Positions 36,300 to 45,242 of a stretch of 64,000 nucleotides of DNA are shown here, piece after piece. The notes under the pieces are model-generated. The model had not been told where the DNA came from and ran no database searches. It worked only from the letters and a program-made list of their open reading frames with translations. Numbering within the stretch: position 1 is the stretch's first letter; every line of letters starts with the position of its first letter. The stretch comes from a virus. Where the stretch lies: IMG/VR virus record IMGVR_UViG_3300024344_000004, positions 237 through 64,236 of that record; one strand, written 5' to 3'. Made by a program: the position numbers and the translations under genes.

Positions 36300-36790
36300 C
36301 CTCAGCTCAACAAACCCCTCCTCCTCAGTTCGCTCTACAGAGCTCGTGAGAAATCGTTATCGGGCAGTGAGAAACTGCGCTCTCAGTTCAGGTTCAAACC
36401 AGAACCAATGGTCAGTAGGGCCAGATGAGAAAATAGTCTCAGTTAAGCACAAGCTCTACTAAGATTTTCGGTAGGCTACAATGAGAAAATGCTTAATGGA
36501 GCTTAGTTCGACACGTAATGTGTTCGTGCTCGAACTGTAGTAGTAATAGTTATCAGCCTATATTATCTCAGTTAAGCTTTATTATAATGCTCTACTACGC
36601 AAAGCTCTACTGAGTAATTAAGCTTTACTTAGTTAAGCTTTACTAAGCTCTTTACTTACAGCAATAATATGCATAACTAAGCTATATCTTAATATAGTTA
36701 ATATAGGGAACACGAACTATATAAAGTTTTGCATGAAAAAGCACCCCGTTTTTTATCTCAGTATAAAATCCGTGCGGGGCTCTCAGTCCA
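36300..36790. repeat. Non-coding region dense in CTCAG, TGAGAAA and AAGCT(C/T)TAC short repeats
   Basis: tctcagtt x3, (g/a)tgagaaa x4, aagctctac/aagctttac several times; AT-rich right part. Confidence 0.7.
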
Positions 36791-36832
36791 CAAAGGGAAA
36801 CGCTTATATAGGGGTATATTGATGTAGATACG

Positions 36833-37508
36833 ATGACTATGACCGACATCGACACATTAGCAATACAACTAAAAAGCATGACTGCCAAACAGTTACAACA
36901 ACTGTTAAGTGCAACCCCGAACCGAGACGGTTCCGCAATCAAAGCCCGTAAGATACGTGCAACTGAGACATACTTCAGGAATGTAAAGAACAATGGATTA
37001 TATCCACATAACTTTGAGTCCTTCCCTCAGTTCAGAGAGGTCTTACCTTGAGTGACGTAATCGTTAAGTTCAATAACTACATGACTCAGCACACAGACAA
37101 AGTCCCTTTGTTAAGTGTTCAGTCAACTGATGATAAACGTTTCACAGTGCTGAGGGAATTATTAAATTCCGTCTTCGATGATGTAGAAGACAATGCTTGG
37201 TCAGTATCAGTGAACTTAGGAAAGTTCGTAGATGCCCTCAGCACAATGGAACAAAAAGATATAGATACTATATCACGAACAGTGAAGAAGTATCAAGTCA
37301 AAGGCACTTCGAGTGGTATCTCAGGTGAGAGAACCTATGGATATGACCGAAGCCGTGTTGACCGTAAGATGATTAGAAGAAGGAGAGCCAACTGATGAAC
37401 TGCGTAGATTGTGGTGAATACAGTTGGACTGATAATGGTGGACATGAAATAAATAAATCATGTTGTGAACACTGTTTAGTAAATGATTATATAACAGGTG
37501 AACTATGA
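36833..37508 (+). CDS. Three small early ORFs (36833-37051, 37048-37395, 37395-37508 Zn-finger)
   Basis: Promoter aaacgcttatatagg near 36800; overlapping junctions; last ORF MNCVDCGE...CCEHC. Confidence 0.6.
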
Positions 37509-38683
37509 GTAGAAGAGAAGGAAGACCATCACCAACTGAGTCAGCTACTGAGTTCCCTCTACACTATGAACGTGTAGGCGGAGACGGTAGATATTGGCAC
37601 GTAAGTGAAGACAAGCGTGGAGTAAGAAGATGGAAGAAGGGATTATATCATGGTTCAGATGAGGATAAACTTCTCAGTTCAACAACCGAAACGCTTATAA
37701 AGGATGATATATCTGGAGATACAATGGAAGACAAAACCGACCACAGAGGACTCGACAGTCTATTCGACCGAGACAGTCCCATGCCAGCAGAGGAACCTAC
37801 CCCCGAAGAAGTGGTAGAAGTAGAGAAAGACACAGTGATGTCTAAACTAAGAGGGTCAGTCAATGTGCCCGAAGAGTTTAAATTCGCTGATGACATGACA
37901 TTCTATACTATGTTGAGAAACATATTTAGAGGTAAGAACATTCTTATCACAGGTCCCTCAGGATGTGGTAAGTCAAGTCTCGGTAAGATATTAGCTGATA
38001 TCACTGCAAAAGACTTTTATAGTTTTAACTTCGGTGACACTATGAATCCCTCAGCTAAGTTATTGGGTGACACTAAGTATGATAAAGAAGCCGGAACATG
38101 GTTCAAACCATCTCGGTTCGTCAATGCAATACAAGGTGATTCATTCATTATGTTAGATGAGGTAACACGTGACCGAACAGGTGACTTAGCTAACATTCTC
38201 ATGCCGGTATTAGATGGTCAAAAGTATTTAGCTCTCGATGAGAGTGAAGATAGTGATACTGTCTCAGTTAGTAAAGGTGCGTTCTTTTACGCTACTGCTA
38301 ACATAGGTAGAGAGTATCTCGGTGCATCTCATGATTTAGACCGAGCATGGAAAGATAGATTCACAGGTGGTATATATGAATTAGAATACTTACCACCACA
38401 GAAAGAGAAAGAACTGATACAGAACAGAAACCCTCAGCTTACAGACTACGATGCTGATAAGATTGTAGACTTTGCTAAGAGAGTGCGTGACTTACATTCT
38501 TCAGACGAACTCAATACTGCTGTTTCAACACGTATGTGTTTAGCATCAGCTGAGTTAGTTGTTGATGGGATGCCTTTAGTCGATGCACTGAAACACACCT
38601 GTTTACCGTTCTACCCTGTTCAGGGTGGTGACGATACTGAGAGAGTTCGTATTATACAAGTTATTCAATCAATGGGTGAATAG
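37505..38683 (+). CDS. MoxR/CbbQ-NirQ-NorQ-type AAA+ ATPase with an N-terminal extra domain
   Basis: GPSGCGKS, IMLDEVTR, FYATANIGREY, LDRAWKDRF, STRMCL; internal TATA 37695-37701 and ATG 37724. Confidence 0.88.
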   Translation: MSRREGRPSPTESATEFPLHYERVGGDGRYWHVSEDKRGVRRWKKGLYHGSDEDKLLSSTTETLIKDDISGDTMEDKTDHRGLDSLFDRDSPMPAEEPTPEEVVEVEKDTVMSKLRGSVNVPEEFKFADDMTFYTMLRNIFRGKNILITGPSGCGKSSLGKILADITAKDFYSFNFGDTMNPSAKLLGDTKYDKEAGTWFKPSRFVNAIQGDSFIMLDEVTRDRTGDLANILMPVLDGQKYLALDESEDSDTVSVSKGAFFYATANIGREYLGASHDLDRAWKDRFTGGIYELEYLPPQKEKELIQNRNPQLTDYDADKIVDFAKRVRDLHSSDELNTAVSTRMCLASAELVVDGMPLVDALKHTCLPFYPVQGGDDTERVRIIQVIQSMGE

Positions 38684-39070
38684 ATGGTTAAGAAGAAAGT
38701 ATTACGTAGAAAGCACACATATTGGCATCAGTTGGCTAAGTTCCTTATACTGAATGGTTACAAACCAACAATGATAGGAAAGATAATCAAGGATGTATTT
38801 CCCGAGACTGAGGTCAATGGTAGACACGTAGGTGCATACAAACGTAGATTGATACAAGATGAGGATATTCTCATCCCAAACAAACCAACTATGAATATCA
38901 ATGAAGTAAGAGAAATAGCTGAAGGCTTAGTTACTAACGAAGATATGTTTATATATAAATGTGTTATCGGTTCAGCTAAGAGAAGTCTTAAGTGCTTCGA
39001 GTATAAGTTCCGTAGTGAGGATAAAGATTTAGTAAGTGAGGTAGATAAATGGATTATGGCGATTCAATAG
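38684..39070 (+). CDS. Hypothetical, possible HTH protein
   Basis: 128 aa between AAA and vWA genes. Confidence 0.5.
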   Translation: MVKKKVLRRKHTYWHQLAKFLILNGYKPTMIGKIIKDVFPETEVNGRHVGAYKRRLIQDEDILIPNKPTMNINEVREIAEGLVTNEDMFIYKCVIGSAKRSLKCFEYKFRSEDKDLVSEVDKWIMAIQ

Positions 39071-41163
39071 ATGAATGGACTGAGGACAGTGAAAATGATT
39101 TCTGTTATGCGTGTGACGATTGGACTGATGCCGACGGTCATGGCAACTGTAAAGATTGTGGCAACAGTTACACTACAGTAGACCCATTCGTCAGTCCGAC
39201 TATAGCAAAGACATACAGTTCACCCGCACCTACTGTCTCAGCACATGGTGACCTTTGGAATAGGGGTTCGGGTTTCACATGGGGTGGTAGTTCATATTGG
39301 TCCGGTGGTGGAGCTACATCATGGGGTGGTTGGTCTCAGTCTACAAACGACAGTGCTCGTATGCTTAAACATAAAAGACATTTAGATTCTCTTTGTAAAG
39401 TAGTAGACCCAACTGTAAAGCATTCATTACATTTCGCAACTGAGTCGAAGAACTATTCGAACATGTCTAATGGAACTATATATGTAGATGGGACTCTCAT
39501 TGAACACGATGATGACAAACTCGACATATTAGCTGGTCTCTCAATACATGAGAAGTTACACTTAGTTCATACTCAACCATTAACTAAATGGGAACGTGAG
39601 TATAGTCACCAAAACAATCTTAGTTCAGCACAGGAAAGATTACTACATAACATATGTAATATCATAGAAGATGAATATATAGAATCTCAGTTAGCTAAGA
39701 CTCATGCCGGATACACTATGTATATTGAGAAGGTTAAACAACACTTCTTTGGTAAGCATGGTCACAAGATAGATGAGTTCAACGGTAATCCTATCGCTGA
39801 CATAATGAATACATTGTTAGCTATGGTAAGATATCCACAATCTATCTCAGCTGACCGTAGAAAGAAACACGCTAAGCATATTCAGTTCTTTGCCCGTGCG
39901 TTAACAGATGCATTAACTGATAGACATTCAACCTTTATGGCTATGGATAGTATTTATTGTTATATGAATCAACTCGCTAAAGAAGAAGCAGAGAAGCATG
40001 AAGGCACCGACGAAGAAGAAATACTACGACGTGCTGATGACAGGCTCAAAGACCTTTTAGGTGAGTGGGGTGAATCAGTTGGTGAAGAAATGTCAGCTGA
40101 AGACATGGAACGTATCAAAGATAGACTTATAGAAAAAGAACGTGACGAAGCTGAACGTGGTGATAGATATGACCGTAAAGAGAAATTGTCTCGAGCTTTG
40201 GATAAGTTCGCAAAAGAACTCGCTGATTATGGTTTAGATAGAGACACTATTTCAGATGCACTCGGTAGAGATATAGATGAGTTAGCTGACAGTGACTATA
40301 CTGAAGAGAAGTGGGATGTGTCCCGTGCTCTCGGTTTGAAACAAGGTGGTAAAGTTACATGGCGTAATCAAAGAGCCTCTTCAGACTATGATAAGAGTAA
40401 ATACACTGAGGCTGAAAGAAATATGAAATCAGCAATTGGTCAACTAAAGAGAAAGATACAACTATATGGTGACACACGTATTAACACCATTCGTAACCAA
40501 CGAAGAGGTAAGTTAGATAAACGTATGCTACATAAGATACCTCTCGGTCGACCCGACTTATTCAAGAATGTAATTATTGACGAAGACAAGCCACTCGATG
40601 TATGTCTCTTAGTCGATGAGTCAGGTAGTATGGGTTCATGGAAGATGGCTAAAGCACGTGAGACTGCGATTGCTTTACGTGAATCACTCAAAGATAATCA
40701 AGCTCTCAACTTATGGGTGTTTGGTCACACAGCTGACGGTTATGAATGGGATGGTAAAGGTGACACTAATATGTCAGTATATTGGTCACCTACATATAAA
40801 TCAGATATAAAGGCTATGGGTGCTATGACAGCACGTAGTGAAAACAGAGATGGTATGGCTATTCTCGCATCAGCTGAAAGAGTCAAAGCTGAGTCACCAT
40901 CAATGGGTAGCAATAAACTTATGATTGTTATCTCAGACGGTGAACCATCAGCAGACAAATACAGATTCCCAATCAGTGTGCCACATACTAAGAAGTGTGT
41001 CAGACACATTGAGGGACAGGGATGGAATGTAATTCAAATAGGCATCTCAGGTGCACGTGAATATATTATGAAAGATATGTTTACTAATTACATCCTGTGT
41101 GATGATACAGCTGACTTACCAACTAAGGTAAGTAAAGTAATTAGAAGGGTGATAAAAGTATGA
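39049..41163 (+). CDS. vWA-domain protein with HExxH motif and N-terminal CxxC pair (CobT-like partner of the AAA)
   Basis: HEKLH; MIDAS LLVDESGSM; LMIVISDGEP; CYAC...CKDC. Confidence 0.85.
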   Translation: MDYGDSIDEWTEDSENDFCYACDDWTDADGHGNCKDCGNSYTTVDPFVSPTIAKTYSSPAPTVSAHGDLWNRGSGFTWGGSSYWSGGGATSWGGWSQSTNDSARMLKHKRHLDSLCKVVDPTVKHSLHFATESKNYSNMSNGTIYVDGTLIEHDDDKLDILAGLSIHEKLHLVHTQPLTKWEREYSHQNNLSSAQERLLHNICNIIEDEYIESQLAKTHAGYTMYIEKVKQHFFGKHGHKIDEFNGNPIADIMNTLLAMVRYPQSISADRRKKHAKHIQFFARALTDALTDRHSTFMAMDSIYCYMNQLAKEEAEKHEGTDEEEILRRADDRLKDLLGEWGESVGEEMSAEDMERIKDRLIEKERDEAERGDRYDRKEKLSRALDKFAKELADYGLDRDTISDALGRDIDELADSDYTEEKWDVSRALGLKQGGKVTWRNQRASSDYDKSKYTEAERNMKSAIGQLKRKIQLYGDTRINTIRNQRRGKLDKRMLHKIPLGRPDLFKNVIIDEDKPLDVCLLVDESGSMGSWKMAKARETAIALRESLKDNQALNLWVFGHTADGYEWDGKGDTNMSVYWSPTYKSDIKAMGAMTARSENRDGMAILASAERVKAESPSMGSNKLMIVISDGEPSADKYRFPISVPHTKKCVRHIEGQGWNVIQIGISGAREYIMKDMFTNYILCDDTADLPTKVSKVIRRVIKV

Positions 41164-41263
41164 ATGATGATAATAATATGAAAGAAGCTCAGTGGTTTAT
41201 ATTAATCGCTGGGTTCATGATGTTATGGATGGTCATGATTATGATGCTGGGTTAAGGGTGACA

Positions 41264-41675
41264 GGTAATAAGTTGAGAATTTATTTTACTTAGTCGGTTT
41301 TGCTCATAGCTCAGCTTATTACCCACCAAACGCACGAAGACTTTGAACTTTGAAGCTCAGTTTGTTTATCAGGCCACGCTGACCGCTCCCTCATTAGAGG
41401 CAACGTCAGTAGTAGGACAGTATAAACAGAGAGGTAGCTATCGGTATGGTGATAGCTGAATACAAAGGAACCAAATATATCGTTTAGCCTAATCATTATG
41501 GCGACGAGTATATGTCAAGCATACCTCAGTATACCCCTGTAAATCTATCGTGACAGTTATGTCAGATGAGTTTGGAATGCTACATAGTAGCGTGGTATAC
41601 GAAAAAAGAAAGAGCACGATAGTTTCAGTTGCGAAGCTACACGACTCTTACTGAGAAGTCGTTCTCTCTTCGTGC
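41264..41675 (+). ncRNA. Candidate structured ncRNA D
   Basis: 14-bp stem 41264-41277/41310-41323; long-range helix GCACGAAGA (41332)/TCTTCGTGC (41667); crossed helices GTATACC/GGTATAC and CTATCGTG/CACGATAG. Confidence 0.7.
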
Positions 41676-41736
41676 ACCACAACCTTTATATAGGATAATC
41701 AAATATATTGAAATATAATCAAAAGGAATTGAAAAT

Positions 41737-42174
41737 ATGCAAACATTTTTACCAACAAAAAACTTTAGAACATCAGCCAAACTATTAGACTATCGTCGTC
41801 TCGGTAAGCAAAGAGTGGAAGGGCTTCAGCTCATCAACTCACTTAGTCCGGACTACGATAAAAAAGGTTGGCTCAACCACCCCGCACGTTTGATGTGGGT
41901 TGGTTACGAAAACGCTTTGAAACATTACACTAACGTAATGATAGAAGAGTGGGTTGCACGTGGATATAACAACACGATGCAATTATATAAAATAGAAGGG
42001 CCGATAGTATACCCTCAATGGTTAGGCTATCCGGAACTGCATAAGTCACATCGAATGAACCTACTTCGTAAGGATTACGACTTTTATAAACAGCACTTCG
42101 ATGACGATGCACAAACGGACCTCACAATCATAAACGAGTATGAATACTATTGGCCACCGGAGAAAGAAAGATGA
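41737..42174 (+). CDS. Pyrimidine-dimer DNA glycosylase (DenV/MSMEG_6728-like)
   Basis: MQTFLP...LDYRRLGKQRVEGLQL...HPARLMWVGYE...SHRMNLLRKD. Confidence 0.88.
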   Translation: MQTFLPTKNFRTSAKLLDYRRLGKQRVEGLQLINSLSPDYDKKGWLNHPARLMWVGYENALKHYTNVMIEEWVARGYNNTMQLYKIEGPIVYPQWLGYPELHKSHRMNLLRKDYDFYKQHFDDDAQTDLTIINEYEYYWPPEKER

Positions 42175-42268
42175 TAAGAGAATTATTAGTGTGGATAGAT
42201 AAGAAGTTTGGTTTGAACCGAACTAAGAAACTTATGATAAGACCACGTAAATACGGAGCAAAGAAAAA

Positions 42269-42726
42269 ATGAACTTAGAACAAGAGAACATGGAACTCAA
42301 AGAGATGTTAGCTGGTGCACAGTTAACTGAGGAAAACTTAAAGGATTACCTTTTCGAGATTTGTGATTATATTCACTACGAGATGCCACTCAAGGAACAG
42401 GACCGATGGCTTGAGAGGATGATTGAACTCGGACTATACACACCGGAGTTTGACTAATGGTCACAACTACAGGCGACGCAGTTCACTTTATGAAGATTGT
42501 TTTAGATTGGTGTTCACCGAAGGTAGCCCGAATGATGATGGATGATTTAGATTTCTACATCGCTGAGACTACTGATAACGAATCAGTTCGTGATTCTATT
42601 AAGATGGTTAGAGAGTTAATCTATGCGAGAGCAGAAGAGAACTTAGAGTTAGAAGCTGAAGAAGCAGAATGGCAAACAGCTCAAGAAATTATAGACGAAC
42701 AGAGAAAGATAGGCAAACCAGAATGA
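42269..42726 (+). CDS. Two small acidic hypothetical proteins (42269-42457, 42457-42726)
   Basis: Coupled ORFs from track. Confidence 0.55.
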
Positions 42727-42940
42727 AGTGTCTCAATAAAAAGTGTAGAGAGAATCTTTATGATATGCCCCCACTTAAACAAGTAACCTGTCCCTACTGT
42801 GGACTAACACAGGTGCACCCTCCAGAATATTAATGTCATTAGCATGGACTGAGTGTAGGAAATGTGGCAAACGTATCTCAATAGGTGAAGATGGTTTGTT
42901 AGACGGAAGATGTTTCCTATGCTCTATAAAGACATTATAA
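42723..42940 (+). CDS. Two Zn-finger microproteins (42723-42833, 42833-42940)
   Basis: MKCLNKKC...CPYCG; MSLAWTECRKCG...CFLC; ATGA/TAATG coupling. Confidence 0.65.
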
Positions 42941-43056
42941 GCTCCACTTAGCAAAGCTTTATATATCTCTAAAGGGGAGATATAATAGAGCATGGTTTAT
43001 AGAGCATGATTAATTAAGCAATTAAGTAGCTCTATACTTACCTCAATATTTGCTCA

Positions 43057-43572
43057 GTGAGGCCCATTATGGGAAGAAAGGATACAGGAAAGAATTTCGA
43101 AAACGAAATAAGAAGAAGCTTGAAAAGCAGTCGCCACATATGGTGGTTTAGAATACAAGATACCAATGACATTAACAGATTCGTCAAAGTCGCAGTCGCT
43201 GAGAAGCAACCCGCCGATTTCTTTACAGTCTACAGAAGTAGACCAATTATGCTTGAGGCTAAAACTTCTCGGAATCTTACTTCTTTTCCTTTACATTATG
43301 GTAATACCCCTGCTATCGCTAAGCATCAGATAAGAGAGGGAGCTAAGTTGGAGAGAGCTGGTGGACTAAGTTTTATCTTGATAAGAAGAGAAGAATACAG
43401 AAACAAAAAGACATATGCAATTACACCATCACAGGCTAAGTATTTATACAGTAAGTCTTTCAAAAGAAAGTCAGTTAAATGGAGCTGGTTTGATGAACAC
43501 GCATACATTGTCGAAAGATTAAAAGCACCCTTGAGGTGGAATTTACAAAAACTATATGAAGAAGCAATATGA
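43057..43572 (+). CDS. Holliday-junction resolvase (RecU/Hjc-like PD-(D/E)XK)
   Basis: GKNFENEI, PADF, LEAKTS, HQ motif. Confidence 0.8.
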   Translation: MRPIMGRKDTGKNFENEIRRSLKSSRHIWWFRIQDTNDINRFVKVAVAEKQPADFFTVYRSRPIMLEAKTSRNLTSFPLHYGNTPAIAKHQIREGAKLERAGGLSFILIRREEYRNKKTYAITPSQAKYLYSKSFKRKSVKWSWFDEHAYIVERLKAPLRWNLQKLYEEAI

Positions 43573-43702
43573 AGAAAAGAGCAACTAAAATACCCTACGA
43601 AGGATATACTCTACCCCCATCAGCTGAGAAGGGTGGTATGTTTGTAGACTTCAATAAGATTATACAGAGAAAACCTGTTAAAAAAGTAAGGATAAAAAAG
43701 AA

Positions 43703-44302
43703 ATGAAAGACATAATGAAAGAATACAGCACAACATTCTACGAATGTTTAGATGCGTGGCCAGATGATATCAAAGAAGATATATACAAACTATATGCATA
43801 CCTCAGAGTGTGTGATGAGATGGTCGAAGGTGAGAAGACACTACATGACTTCAAGAATTGGAGAGATGTTATAGAACAGTTCTATGAAGTTAGTGATAAG
43901 TATCAGTTCGATGGTCAATGGTTAGCTGACTTCCACGTCAGTATGTATCAAGATATGGTAAAGAAAGAACACACAATTGTATCTATGTTAGATTACTGTA
44001 AAGGTTCAGCTGAATCAGTTGGTATGATGATGTCTAAGATATTAGGATGTAACCCACGTTGTGAGATACACGCAAGGGCTCTCGGCAGAGCTTATCAGAT
44101 TATTAACTTCATAAGAGATTATGATGAGGATGTAGCCAATGGTTATCATTACATCACTGATAACTTCAGTGCATACTTAGAGATATTTTATCAAGACATA
44201 GATAATGGTATGGATGGTTTAAATTATATTCCAGAAGAGTTACAAGAGCCTATCATAATGGCTACTAAAAAATATATGGAAGTAGCGGGTGAATTCAACT
44301 AA
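43703..44302 (+). CDS. Compact phytoene/squalene synthase-family protein (CrtB-like)
   Basis: YSTTFY, LYAYLRVCDEMVE, SMYQDM, YCKGSAESVGMMM, ALGRAYQIINFIRDYDED. Confidence 0.8.
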   Translation: MKDIMKEYSTTFYECLDAWPDDIKEDIYKLYAYLRVCDEMVEGEKTLHDFKNWRDVIEQFYEVSDKYQFDGQWLADFHVSMYQDMVKKEHTIVSMLDYCKGSAESVGMMMSKILGCNPRCEIHARALGRAYQIINFIRDYDEDVANGYHYITDNFSAYLEIFYQDIDNGMDGLNYIPEELQEPIIMATKKYMEVAGEFN

Positions 44303-44644
44303 ACCGCCATATTACAAAGCTCTGTGGCACAACTGCAACATCTGTAGGATACATTATATGAGTGAAGAACCTCATTTGAGAGCTTATCTTTGTAATGAGT
44401 GTTGGAATAAGACACCTCAGTTTGTTGTGAAAACACCTAAAAAAGAAATAAAAAAGAAAAACGATATAAATATGAAGACAATAATATTATATACTATAGG
44501 TAATCTATTATGTTTAGGGGTAATCGCATATTATTTGTGGTTTAATTAATTATGAGTGAATGTAATAGATGTTTTAAGAGAGCGTTCTTCGTCGGTATAG
44601 ATGGAAGAAAAAGGTGTGTTCACTGCTCACCATATAAAGAATAG
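44289..44644 (+). CDS. Zn-finger + TM protein (44289-44549) and 30-aa Zn-finger (44552-44644)
   Basis: CNIC...CNEC plus C-terminal TM; MSECNRC...CVHC. Confidence 0.6.
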
Positions 44645-44761
44645 ATGGATATAATACCGTTAGAAATACCAATACGAGACCAACTGAGAGTGTATGCTAT
44701 ACAAGTCTCAGTTTACATTACCATAACCTTTATATAGGGAGGTGGTTTTGGATAAATTACA

Positions 44762-45076
44762 GTGATTAAAATGGATAGAACAAAACAAATCAACGCATTG
44801 ATGGATGCTGTAAAGCATTATCAAAAGACAGGAAAGCACAAACAGGTTAGTATTCAATACAACCCTGTAAACAGAACACAGTTTGACTTCGCTTCATGGA
44901 AGCACAGTTCAGACAGTGACTCTGTAAGGAAAATCCTACCCGAAGACATTAGAATGTCCTCAGAAGGAAACTTCTATGTAGTAGGTAAAGATAACAGATA
45001 CAATCTAAAACAATATGCGTCTCAGTTCGCACAGAGACCACGTGCATATAGATTAGATAGGCTGGTAGTAAAATGA
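44762..45076 (+). CDS. Stand-alone WYL-like domain protein
   Basis: SIQY...RKILP...YVVGKD...RAYRLDRL; own TATA about 44730. Confidence 0.6.
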   Translation: MIKMDRTKQINALMDAVKHYQKTGKHKQVSIQYNPVNRTQFDFASWKHSSDSDSVRKILPEDIRMSSEGNFYVVGKDNRYNLKQYASQFAQRPRAYRLDRLVVK

Positions 45077-45240
45077 AACAAGTAAGTAGTATAAAAAGAA
45101 TAAGTGAATACAAGTCAGTATATATTCCAGATGTAATTTTGGAAGATATGAACATGGGCAGTGGCGACAATGTCGTTTGGTTCCAGAATGATGATGGTCA
45201 TTACCTCATCAAAAAAGTTCAAGTGGATATATTGGATTAA
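45073..45240 (+). CDS. AbrB/SpoVT-like swapped-hairpin DNA-binding microprotein (55 aa)
   Basis: MKQVSSIKRISEYKSVYIPDVILEDMNMGSGDNVVW...YLIKKV; ATGA overlap; not in track. Confidence 0.65.
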   Translation: MKQVSSIKRISEYKSVYIPDVILEDMNMGSGDNVVWFQNDDGHYLIKKVQVDILD

Positions 45241-45242
45241 AC

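Noticed and set aside
36682-36993. Minus-strand 103-aa ORF with a reverse TATA near 36718
   Set aside because: Antisense to a promoter-driven ORF, with no recognisable protein features; the reverse TATA points into the repeat region, so at most a non-coding transcript
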